Positions 13,283 to 25,441 of a stretch of 64,000 nucleotides of DNA are shown here, one piece after another (within the stretch, counting starts at the first letter, position 1; every line of letters starts with the position of its first letter). The stretch covers positions 124,001 to 188,000 of the forward strand of contig ADNK01000506.1 in assembly GCA_000320545.1 (NCBI GenBank). The letters run 5' to 3'. A program made the position numbers and the translations under genes. Below the pieces are notes generated by a model. The model made no database searches. It saw only the letters and a program-made list of their open reading frames with translations, and was not told the DNA's origin. Source of the DNA: Bigelowiella natans CCMP2755. Lineage: Eukaryota; Protista; Cercozoa.

Positions 13283-14273
13283 CGAGATCAAACACTCATG
13301 ATCCTGGTCTATGAGATGTGATTGGTTTGCGACGATGATGCCGCGCTATCTATCCCTACCCCTAGTCGTGTGTGTGGAACACTTGGTCGTAGCAGGTTTC
13401 CTGTGGGGTAGTGGTGAGTTAGAATAGCACATGACAGTCATCCTCTAAGCTACGGGTGATGATGGATGAATCTACTACTACCTCCAACGAGAATGAACAT
13501 ATTACCTTTGGCAAGATGACGGAATGTGTAGTCGATGTCGTCCATTGCAGCTCGTTCTGTGAATCTAAGCCCATCCCTATCGAGGAGCAAGGAAGAAGGA
13601 GAAGGAGAAGAAGAAAAGGCAGAGAAAATAAACGAGAAAGAGCACACATCATCGCTTGATAGAGTCGCTATAATTGTGACTTGTGTATTGTTGCGAAAAC
13701 ATCGGAATGGAACTTAGAATCTGAACAATAGTTCCTATTTATCCGCCGAGCGTATGATGGAAAGAAAAGTGTAATCGCGTACGATTACCCGCTCTTCTGA
13801 TCAGAGCCATTGAAGACGTATCCGTACTCATACATGCGCGCAGAGTCGATTGTACTCGGCACGGTCTAATTTCGTCGTTCAACGACAACAGACCACAATA
13901 ATAGGAACATTGAAGTTAAGATATCGCTTTGAAAGACGATTGCCATCAGAGTGAGGGGCTATTAGCATCACTACTGATGTTGGAATCGTACCACTGCTTA
14001 CTTTTAGGCAGCAGCTGGCACCGCAGTCTCCCTTTCTCTCTCTCTCTCTCTCTCAATCCCCCCCTTTCTCTTTCTCTACCACACTATCTCTCTTCTTCTT
14101 CTTCTTCTTCTTCTTCTTCTTCTTCTCCTTCTTCTACTACTACTACTACTACTACTTTCAGTGCGGCTTTAATATCTTTAAAGCTCTTTGGGTAAATGAA
14201 CTCATCAACATGCCCGTTGGATATCCATGCAGTTCGTTGCCTTATGATGAGTTAGATGAATGCGACAAAGGGA

Positions 14274-14320
<47 letters not shown>

Positions 14321-15174
14321 AGATCAAAACGTTATCTTCTAACTCATCTTCCGTGATGCCGTTGTCGTTGTGATAGAAGCAGCAGCAGCAAGATATAGGT
14401 GGTAGCTCTTTCGTCTACTACTGCATACTACTTCCTACCTGTTTCTCTCAATGCAATCGTAGTATGAGCTTTCTTCGCACGAGCATACTCGAGTGCCTGG
14501 TGATGATAGATAGATAGATAGATAGATAGAAAGAAAGAAACAACGAACGATGACGACAACGACAACGACTTCATGATCTCGAGCAGTAGCAGCAGCACTA
14601 CCAATGGGGCATACATATCCTGGCTAAACAAACCGAAGAATACGCGTGCGGAAAAGGATATGTATTGCAGTTTTGTCATCCCTCCTTTCCCTAATATGAG
14701 CAACCTCCCTCACCGTGAATATCCATCACCCATGGAATGACAGTGACGTAACCCTTGTCAATATACGGCTGCACGCGCTCGTAGAAGACCCTGATATTAT
14801 CATCAGCATCAGCAGCAGCAGCATCATCATAGCTACCATCACCGTCGCCATTCATCAGCAGCTGCATTAGTTGCAATGCCATCTACACCGACACGAACAC
14901 TACTGCTGTTTCAAAATCGGATAATCAGTATCACCGTCGAGCCTCCTCTATGCTTTCATCTTCTTCTTGACGTGCCCCATAGCTTCCCTGCCCTTCTGTT
15001 TCTTTGCCACCGTTTGCAAGTCTGGCATGTGTGTCGTTGGCCCTCTCCCCCCTCTCGTTATTATATGCAGCAGGTTTTCTTCTTGTTGTTGTTCTTCTTC
15101 TTCTTAGCGATGATAATAGGTCGTCGTCGCTGTCGAGAGGAGCCCATTCGTAGATGAAAAAATGGTCAAACCCC

Positions 15175-15209
<35 letters not shown>

Positions 15210-17160
15210 CCCAGTTACTACCCCAAATATTGATGATGCATTTTTACATTTCTTCTCCTCTTCCTCTTCTTTTTTCACTACTACAATAACTACTACTCCT
15301 ACTACTTATGATAATTGCTACTATTACCACAAGACGATGGTATGAGAGCCACCTGAGCACCTCACTCACTCCATTGATACCTGCACGCCTAATCGCAGCA
15401 TCATCAGTGAGTAAGCATGAGGAGGAGGAGGAGGAGGAGAAGGAGGAGGAGAAGGAGGACGGTGTTTTTAGTGCCTTTGACGATTCTCCGTTTGTCCCTC
15501 ATACGTGCTAGTGCATATACTATTACTACTAATAGTACTATGTAGACGATGACTGAGTTGGTGTTCCTTTTTGGCAGCAGCAGCACTACCACTAGCAGTA
15601 GCAGTAGTAGCAGCAAATACATTATCCAGCAAAGACGTACACATACCAGCTTGTACACGAGATTAAGTCAAATTTTCGTCCTGTCGCCGCTACTCGAGAA
15701 GGCCGTCGCCGCCAAAGAATGACATTCGAAATTCACCGAATCAGATGCATCATTACTTGCCATGATCCATGCAGAAGCAGCAGCAGGGAAAGAATGCCGA
15801 TAATTACACTTTCAGAACAAAAACAAAATATTCTCCTGCTCATCCTCTCTAATGTACGTAATACCATTTTGGTTGAGCTGCTCCCATGTGTCTTCGAGGC
15901 GTTTCACAGCTAAATTTGACCACGACTTGAGCAATAAGTTGTCGCCATTGTCATCGCCATTCTTAGTAGAAGCAGCTCTGGCAGCGAATGATGATGATGA
16001 TGATGATAATGATGGTGTCCCAGCATTATCTCTTACCTCCAACGTGACGACGACGACGACAGCTTCATCATTGGAAGAGTTGAGGACATTTTTATTTGAA
16101 GCATTATCTTCTGAGTTCGCATCCGCTGCTGCTCCTTCCCCTCCTGCTCTTTCTATGTTCGTAGTCCCCTGCGTCGTCTTCTTTTTCTCAGGCTTCTCAG
16201 GAAGGGGGCAAGTCACCATATAGTTTCCAATGCACAGCCCCTCTGAAGATGGGCCCACATCGTCTTCTTCCCTCAATGCAATACTCCCACTAACGACTAC
16301 ATCTTCCTGTGATGATGACTGCGACGATGTTTGCTTGAATCGACATCGAAATTCAAGTCTGCTACCGTTGAAACTGACGGCAAACGGGCAAATCTCTGGA
16401 GAGGAGTGAATTGGGGTAGTTGTCATTGCTGCTGCTGCTGATGATGATCTCTCTTGGCCCTCTTCGCTTTCGCTGTCGTCAAACGCATGACAAACAGGAT
16501 TTTCCAAATTATTAGACCACGGAGAAGGTTGAATAGACGGTTGCGTTTTATGGCAGGAAATAGGCAACAAATGTGCCTGAATAGCATTCTTATCAACCAG
16601 ACGCACTGACCTAAATCCGATGCAAGCGTTCAGGATGAAGATCGCTTTATTTTCGGAGCTTATGAAATGGGAAATCAATGCCAGTTTGCTGAGAAGGAAA
16701 CAACAACACCAGATTGAAAATTAAATACGAAATGTGTTCAGAAACGCGTTATATGAGGCTTCTTTCTGCTGCTGTGAGGCAGCAGAACTCCTACGTTTTG
16801 TTGTCGACTTCTGGCACTCGGTGGACCCCAAAAGCATTAGGGCGATCTGTATCAACTTCGGGTGCATTTGGGCGGAAGAGGGAGTTTGTAGTTTCATCGC
16901 CGTCACTATTGTTGGTATCATCATCATCGTGACTCGTCAGCTGCTGTTGTTGGCGCTGCATGTCAGATTCACTTTGCTGGTGATGGTACTGATGATGGTA
17001 CTGGTGTTGCTCCAATGGGTTTGACAGAGCTTCCTCCTCCGAGAAGACATGGTCACTTGTAGCCCTAGGGATAAAAGCATACCAAATAGAACCATTTGAA
17101 AAACTTATGATGACGATGATGGCGACAGTTACGTGACTAAGGATGAGGGTTTCGATCTAG
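11655..17160 (-). CDS. Glycosyltransferase family 92 (DUF23)-like type II membrane protein, many exons; 5' end uncertain
   Basis: Exons read RVFYERVQPYIDKGYVTVIPW (14700-14790) and WISNGHVDEFIYP (~14190-14230; D-x-D-E-F-like motif). N-terminal hydrophobic segment VTVAIVIISF near 17100-17130. Confidence 0.6.
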
Positions 17161-17656
17161 GTTAAAGAACACTGACGTGATAATCTCCCAATTTGTCAAA
17201 ATAAGGACGATGATAATGCCAGAGCACAAGAGAAACAGTGCTCCTTTGCGCCCTGGCCTCGCAGTTATCATCCAAGGTCGACTGTGTGAATGACGAGCAC
17301 GAACTGGGAGGGGGATTCTCTCCTTCGACTCTCGTAGCGAATTAGAAATAATTTAATCGTAAATATATCTGAATAAAAAATACTCAATCAATATATGGAT
17401 TTATCGACATCGCTCACAAAACGTCGTACTCCCATTCTGAAATTTAAATTCCCTCAAATCATAGGTTGTTCCTGGCTTAAGAATGAGACGTATATGTGTG
17501 TCGTTTTTCTATGGAAAGTTTCAGCACTCTCAAGCTCAGTCACATTCAGCAACTACGCTATCTTTGTCGCAATGTTGAATTCCATGCATTTCATAAAAAT
17601 CAATGTTTATTGCGATAATATCGAATTTTTTTTATGATTTTCAGACTCCAAGTGCC

Positions 17657-18758
17657 ATGTTGCCGTTGACGATTCTCCTCGTTGCCTTCGCTTCGGTAAG
17701 GGAGGGAGGGGGGGGGATAGACCAAATGACTGAGACTCGTGAACGAATTTTTACCTTGTGTAATGATATTTTCCTAGAGTGACTAATAATCGTACGTATT
17801 AGGGTACGACGGGTCCAATAAAGCAAACAGAGAAGAAGAAGAAGACATGGGTTTTGTCTTGGGAGGATCATTTTGAAGGGTCCAGCCTCAACGAATCTAT
17901 ATGGAACGTTAGAAATAACATGTCACACTGCTGTGGGCCCTTTGGAGGCGCGGGAGAGCTTCAGTTGTACCTCCCCGACGAAATCACGGTTGATAGATTG
18001 TGGAGCGGGTGCTTCGAAACTTGCTCTTAGTGTCCTCCTCCTCTGTCATCCTATTGAAACATTTACGAAATACACATCACCACAGGTGAAAGACGGCAAA
18101 CTGCATATACGAACACGCCGGCGCGACGCCACAGGAAGTGACAAAAAGCCGTATCATTTCACCTCGGGTTGGATAGACACTAAAGGGAAATGGTCCCAGA
18201 AGTTCGGCCGATTCGAAGCAAACGTATCCCTTCCATCGCACAAGGTTGAAGGAATCTGGCCTGCATTCTGGCTAATGCCCAACAACGCCTCGCAGTGCTG
18301 GCCTACTGGCGGAGAGGTAGACCGTGTTGTTACACTTAGCGTTCGGATGAAAGTTGAGGTGATATGTGCATGTGTTTGTTCAGGTGGACATATTCGAGTT
18401 CCTTGGCAACGGAATCGAAGATAAGATCTATGGTTCTTTCCATTGGGCTGAACCTGGCGCGTGTGGAAAGGACAAAGCTCCGATCCCAGGAAAAGGTTAC
18501 AGGCCCCATAATGCAGCGAAGGACTGGCAGCGTGATTTTCACATCTACGCAATAGAGTGGTGGGAAGATCGAATTGACTTCTTCCTCGACGGCGTTAAAT
18601 ATTTCACGCGCAGTTCTTCAAATGTTTTGCTGCCAACATCGGAAATGTATGTCATTTTTGACCAAGCAGTTGACAGCTGGTTGTTCCCTCCATCAGATAA
18701 GACTGATTATGGAGACGGGGTTTTCATGACAGTAGAATGGGTGCGTGTGTACACGTAA
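17657..18758 (+). CDS. Secreted glycoside hydrolase family 16 (laminarinase-like beta-1,3-glucanase)
   Basis: Signal peptide MLPLTILLVAFAS; WVLSWEDHFEG; TSGWIDTKGK; WPAFWLMP; catalytic E-V-D-I-F-E split by an intron at ~18317-18383; FHIYAIEW. Confidence 0.92.
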
Positions 18759-19387
18759 ACAGTTTGCTAATAAACCGCCACGATGACGTAGAATTTCATT
18801 TATTTCATCAAAGCATGCATATAGATAAGCGTTATCCATGCTTACGATCTAGCGATGCAAATAAGCAATAAAACTACTAGCAACGAAGAAGTACGCCGGA
18901 TGTGTATTATTTTAGACACATAGCATGCGGTACACAATTGTAGGATATGGACAAATGCATTCATATGTCCCACCGCCACAGACATTCATGTTAGTAAGAA
19001 ATAAGGTTTTGACTCACTGCTGCGCCAGCTAAAACCTGCTAGATCTAGAGATATGACTATTCTAGTAAGCTGCTGTATTCTCCTTGAGATATGCATCCTT
19101 GTTGCTGCCGTACGTAGCAGCGCGCGTGTCTAGGTGCCTCCATGCTTGTATTCTTCGTTGATCGCAAAACATCGCTATTTATATGTACGACAAAGCTAGC
19201 AGCGGCTAAATGCGCGTATAACAAATTGGCAGGGGGGACTGCTACAGCATTTCAATTCATATATTGCAGTACCCAGCTCAATACGACCTGGCTAGGCTGC
19301 ACAATGATCTGCTGAGAAACTACATGGCGAAACCACCCATGCTGATTTTTTGAAATATATAAAATGAGACTTATAGGTGCGACATAT

Positions 19388-20060
19388 TTAGTTCCGTGCT
19401 TCCTTCTTGTCGCCGTCCTTGTTTGATGATGAAGAAGCCAACCACTGCATTGGCCGTTTATAGGAGCCCACCTTATGACCAAAAGGTAGCTCGTCTTTGA
19501 AAGGATAATCTGGATGCGTTGCGGTGTGAGGCCACAAGAGGATGCGCCAGCCACAATTCATTGCACTAATCACATCCATTTCTTCTTTTGAGAGCTGGAA
19601 GTCGAACACTTGGATGTTCTCCTCAATGCGGGAAGGGGTAACGCTCTTTGGAACCTAGAAAGTGTGGAGAAGGAAATATGTAGATAATGATAATAGTACA
19701 ACAATTATTGACGTGGTGTTTGTATGTGTGCGCTAAGGTGCGCACGCATGTGTATGTGTGCATGTGTATGTGTATGTGTATGTGTATAATTCTGTGCTAT
19801 GTACTCTTACCGCTGCATGGCCAGCTGCAATATGCCAATGGAGGACAATTTGTGCTGGTGACTTGTTGTATTTCTTGGACATTTTTCGGATATTCGGATC
19901 CTCGAGTAGCTCTGGGTCATCCTTCTTCCGAAAATGTGCTGGCCTATCTTTGGAGCTCAGTGGACTATAAGCCTGTGATGTCATGTATGGTTGCAGCGGA
20001 TTTTATGCGGTGGTGGTACACACATGAGAGAGAGAGAGAAGTGGGTAAGTCGATACTAAG

Positions 20061-20097
<37 letters not shown>

Positions 20098-20120
20098 TAT
20101 TTATTATTTATATGTGTAAC

Positions 20121-20154
<34 letters not shown>

Positions 20155-22168
20155 AAGTCTTATCACCTGGAAAATGATCCCGTGAAAATTGCAGAAATCT
20201 ACCTGTGAGCATACCAAATACATGCGAAAAGGAGACACACCAAAGAGCATGTCGTCATATTGGAGGAGCACCCGATGATATTTAATACTTGCGTCTATTC
20301 CATTCTCAGCTCTGCCATAAAACAGAAAGTCTACTGTTGCGGGTAGAACTACTACCAGATCTTTTTGCTGCAGATATGGATGGCCTGTTATTAACATTAT
20401 CATTATCATTACCATTATGTTGGTAAGAATAACATCAAATACTAAGCAGCAACAAGTGCATAATTAAGGGGATTATCCTTTCAATCAGCTAATACACAAA
20501 AACACATCTGATACTGCTTAGAGATTCCTCCTCTATTACATTCATTTTGGAGGATTGCAGGTTTATGCTTCTTCGATATGCGTAGTATCTCTTGGATCTG
20601 GGTCTTCAGTCAATAACAGGGACACAAACAGAAAGAGAGGGAGAAGGGTGGATAGTTTACGAATGAAGAATAAGGTAAAGGCCCGGTCGGTATGAAGATT
20701 CACACGCCTCCAGTCACTACCAGACGCAACGATGTATTTCCTCCTGCTGCTCTTTTCACCGCCGCCGCCATGAATATTTCTCCCTCTATCTTTAAGTACT
20801 AATCTGCATGCAAGTAAGCACTTCCGCCACCACAACCACAACGACTACCACTAATCTCCTCATACTAGTACTAGTACTACTACTACTACTACTTTATTGA
20901 AGTTGCTGAGGCCTATGCTCTTGACAAGCCCTTCATCCACCAACTTCTCCATGGCTGTCCAGGTTTCTGTTGTTATAGATCAGGGTGATAGTGAGTAGAA
21001 GCAGCAGCAGTAGTAGTGATGAAAAGTAGCAGTAGATAGCATAAAACAAGGTTACGGTGTTGAACGTGCGAAAGAATAATATTCGGAAGGTAAGAAGATA
21101 ACATCCTTGCTAGCATTTGTGGTAGTAGTACCTGCAAAATGCGTGTCGTTATCAGAGCAGTACACAAGAGTCTCAGGGTCATACGGAAACATCGTTCCTT
21201 CGCTGGCAGGTGCTGCATGCGTTCCATTACTGCGAACAGCAGGAGCTTTTCCAGTCGCCGGACATGCCTGAGAGTTGACGTGTAGAGTTTTAATGCTTCG
21301 TAGTAGCAGTAGTAGTAGCAGTAGTAGAAGTAGTGGTAGTAATGGCGGAAACAACTACAAAAGAGCGATTGGTTGAGTAGCTGCGTGCTTTCCTTTTTGT
21401 CCTATATGTCGGTGATGGTTGTGATGGTAATGACGGTTTAATCCCATGCTCACATCAGCGCTCCGTCAATAATAACTATGCTTGTAGAAGCACACCTGTG
21501 GCCAATGGATAATGAAGGAATCAATGTAGTCGAGATTCAGATCTTTAAGCGTTGCCAACAAGTCTGGTTTCACAAACTCGGCTTTATGGTTCGAGTTCCA
21601 AAGCTAAGAGTAGCGTGACAAAGAGGACAGTTTTCACGAATGCGAAAGCAGCAGTTGCAGATAGGGAAGAGGACATCGATCGCTTCTCTCTTATTCAAAA
21701 CACTTAAGGTTTTGGGAAGAGAAACAAGTACGGGCTATCATACTACTTTAGACTGAATGAAGAGATCTTCGCGCTTCACAACCCCTGCTCAACACAGCAC
21801 GGAAGAATGAGGAATACGATTGGTGGATCCTTAAATTAGAAGCACCTTCATCAAGAAGTTTCTTTAGGGCCTCGCCGATTTCATGTTCGTTGTTATAATC
21901 ATTAGCAGTATCGATGAGCCGGTATCCTGCGTTTTTAACTGCGTGATAAACAGCCTAATGTGTTCCACCACCAAATTCAGGGAGAAGTTAGAATCGGAAG
22001 AGGAGATACCGGAAGAAGCAGCACCTGCTTGGTCTTGCCTAGTGGGCTCTTCCACGTTCCGAGTCCGATGAGTGGCATGTGAACGCCATTGTTAAGCGTA
22101 GTAGTAGTAGTAGTAGTAGTAGTAGTTCTTGTAGGTTTCACACTTTTCTTCTTCGCGTCGTCAGCCAT
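19388..22168 (-). CDS. Aldo/keto reductase (about 10 exons)
   Basis: [17 protein letters not shown]; [11 protein letters not shown]; HPYLQQKDL; AYSPLSS; [10 protein letters not shown]; [12 protein letters not shown]; [10 protein letters not shown]. Confidence 0.95.
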
Positions 22169-22525
22169 CGATAAGTTCTGATCTGATGCTCGTGTGTTTG
22201 TTGGTCGGTCGAACGGTCGGGTCGTATTGTCGCCGCAGATGCGGAAGAGTAGGCTCGTGGGGGAGGGTAATTATTGAAGCACCTTTTGGTTTAGACACGG
22301 GAATGAAGGCATTTTTATGCTTTAAATAGGCCCTTTTTTTAGCGGAAGACATGCACTATCTCCTTGTCGCATCCAATGAGAAAGGTACTGTTTCCTTGTC
22401 GCAACCATGAAGAAAGGCACTGTTCCCGATTCAGGAGTCCACCCGTGATGCCCCAGCCTATGTAGAATAGTAAACACCCTCCTCCTCCTCCTCCTCCTCC
22501 TCCTCCTCCTCCTCCTCCTCCACAA

Positions 22526-24726
22526 ATGGGTGCTATACTATGCACGATGGTGTCGGTACTGCTACTTGTGCTGGTGTTGGGCGTTCTTGTCGTCTTCAGA
22601 AGCTACAGCACAGGCAACTCGACATTCATTGGATCATCTCCGGATGATGATGTTCTCCAAATCGAAGAGAAGCTTGTCACAGCTAGATTTCCATATGAAT
22701 TGCACCTCTACCCGGGGCTATTTGGTGATAAGCTATTTCTCTCTCTCCCTTTTTTTGGTAGCAGTCATCCATTTGTTCTGAGTCGTAGCCTTTCCTTTCC
22801 TTCAGGACCAGGTTCAGATGCACGAGTGGGAGACTCAGTCTTTTGCATATCCAGAAATAAGAGAAGGTAAGCGGATAGGAGTGGTGGTTAGCAACCGAGA
22901 TGTAGCGCTTTTATCTAATTCACGTCTGTGCATTGTGATGTGTGATTTCCATCATCAAGTGAGTTTACACGCGCTGTCGTGCGTAAGATCAGCGGCGATT
23001 CAGTGCTTGTCGAGAAGATCGCGACGACCGGAAAATCTCCCGCCACTTCTACCTGGAATCACGACACGAATGACCGACAGACGAACGAGCGGTGGTTCAA
23101 GCGAGTACGAATTGTCAAAGATTATAGCAGCTCCTCTACCACCTCTTCTCGGCCAAAAGGCGTAGTCGTGACATGCTGTGAGACGTGGCACTATAGGCGA
23201 CTCGTTTGCAGTTACGTACATGACGACAACAGCAATAATGATAGTATTAAGATCGTAGACATTACCTTAATCGATATCGCATGTGACGGTTTGTGATTTT
23301 TGTGTGGAACAAGAGTAAACAATCATAGAAATATGCACACATGCGCACAGAAGTTTGTGCATACACGTATACTCACATACAAGTTCGTGTTAACTAACTA
23401 TTGTATAAATGGAATGTCAGGTGTTGAAAAGGGAGATAGAGTGCTCGAGATTGGTCGACACTCCCCCCCCCCCTCTCTATTATAAACTATTTGCGGACTG
23501 TAGTTTGCTATATCTTGAAGCATCTCTTGGTATGACATTCTAACGATATGGTCGATGATTCAATTGAAAGGCTGCGATGTGGGACTAACGACTGCAGCAC
23601 TCGCTTCTCGTGCAGGCGACAAGTTGGTGATAGGGCTGGATAAGAGCAGGAAAGTCGGAACAGTCGTTGTCTTGCAATGCTGAAAATTGGTTATCAGCTA
23701 GGTTTCAACAAGAAAGGCTCACTGCACACTTATTCCCACCACTTAATTAGAGCATTGAGATGGCTCGAGAACGGTACCCAAGCCTCCGATTCGTTCAGGA
23801 AGACATAAATCTCGACGGTACTGGCCTCAGAAAAATGGCCGCAAAACTCTTCGCCCATCAATCGTTAGTATCACCCGAACAAAAAGGACGACCAGAACAA
23901 GGGAAAGGACTATTATCGAAGGAATCCATTATATTTGACAAGGTATCTGGATAAATAACCAATGTCAGTCACAAAAGAAGAAGTACAAAACTTAACAGCT
24001 ATTTATTTTCATATTCGTGCAGATTTTTATCGATATAAACGGAATGCGAAGTCTGAAGGATGTGCGGCAGCTACTTATTAGGTGGTGCCAAAATTGTTTA
24101 AAAAGAGAGAAGTTAACTTCTTCCTTTTCTCGTTGGGTAAAAAGACTTTCATCAGCGCGACGGTTTAAATTTTCATTTCTGCATTCAAAGGAAGTATCTT
24201 CGAGCGGGGTGCATGCGTGATTAGCAGCAAATGCGTGGTCATGTGCAATTAATAGTTAATTGTTGATCTTTGTATCTTGTACCCAGCGTGATGAGGGAGC
24301 TGAAGCCACGACTTATCGTATGTGGCGACTAATGTGTTGATCATTATCTAATATGTCCGACCTTTTCTAGAATGCAGTAATCGTAACTGAGTGTGCGAAT
24401 TATCTTCCATGCACCTTTACTACTACCGCCACTTTCACTTTTTTAGGTATTACTACTATTCATAAGCTAACCTCTGCCATTATTGCTGTTAATTCTACTA
24501 TTCCTACAGGTAGTGAAGAGCGTACATCTTTATAACCAGGTACACTAGCTTCGTTGTCGTCCCGTGTTCAGCAATGATGCCTCTCATCGCAACAAAATTT
24601 ATATCATCTCAGCAAAGGAGTATCATCCATGAATCATCATACTTGAACAAGAGGGAGACAAAGTTTGCATGGTGGCAGTTAGGCCGCCACCAATCGCCTG
24701 AAATATTAAAAGATAAGTCATCTTAA
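22526..24726 (+). CDS. Class I SAM-dependent methyltransferase-domain protein (spliced)
   Basis: GDRVLEIG|CDVGLTT (motif I), VIGLDKS, ARERYPSLRFVQEDI, IFIDING; N-terminal hydrophobic segment. Confidence 0.75.
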
Positions 24727-25076
24727 CTTGAACAACAAATACTATTTAAGCGTGCGATATCAATTTTGCTGCTGCTGATCAATCAAGTCGACAAATTTTA
24801 AAGTTATCTTGAAGGGATATATAGTTAATAAAAGGGAGAAAAGGCATTTGACGCCAAGCCTTGGAGATATTGAATAAGTTTCTCAATAACAGCATGCACG
24901 CTCGCTATGATGAGGAACTAAAATGCAGCATGCACTAAATGCCATGGCATCGTTGAATCGATACGTTACCCATGCAGCTACGCTTAGCATATTTTGGACA
25001 AGCGAGCATAGTATGTATTAGAATGAATGTCACCGTACTGGAAGTTGTCCACCATCAGCATCTTCTCGCACATGTG

Positions 25077-25402
25077 TGTAGCGCGTACCACTACGCGGGC
25101 ACAAGTCACGTGCGACAACAAAGGGGTTGTCGCGGATATAGAATATAGATAACGTAGATATTAATACAGCATAGGCACGTGGGTTCCGGCGGGACTCATG
25201 GCAGCACACCGGAAGTGTGCTGCCCCACGTGCGGCGGCATTCGCGAAAGCTTCGCGAATGATTACGCAGTGCACGATTTAATAAAAATATAATCTTTAAT
25301 AAAAATAAACACAACTCTTCAAAAGGAAGCAAACGTGCCTTTCCCCCCCCCTGCCTACTTGTGCACGTAGCGCCTCGGCCTGTGAACACCTTACGCGCAA
25401 CA
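25077..25402 (+). repeat. 5' LTR of copy 1
   Basis: tgtagcgcg...cgcgcaaca; matches 30466-30791. Confidence 0.97.
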
Positions 25403-25407
25403 ACCTT

Positions 25408-25430
25408 TGGCTTCCACACACGGGAAACGA
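25408..25430 (+). promoter_or_regulatory. Primer-binding site (complementary to a tRNA 3' end); same sequence at 42625-42647
   Basis: TGGCTTCCACACACGGGAAACGA, 5 nt after the LTR. The complement reads TCGTTTCCCGTGTGTGGAAGCCA (T-arm-like sequence plus CCA). Confidence 0.75.
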
Positions 25431-25441
25431 TTTGACTAACA

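Noticed and set aside
25170-25260. Self-cleaving ribozyme in the structured LTR
   Set aside because: I found no hammerhead core (CUGANGA...GAAA in the correct stems) or HDV-like topology by eye.
25030-25419. Antisense ORFs across the LTRs (also 30419-30859, 42203-42550, 47637-47939)
   Set aside because: They extend into unrelated flanks and are disrupted by the 1-bp LTR indel between copies.
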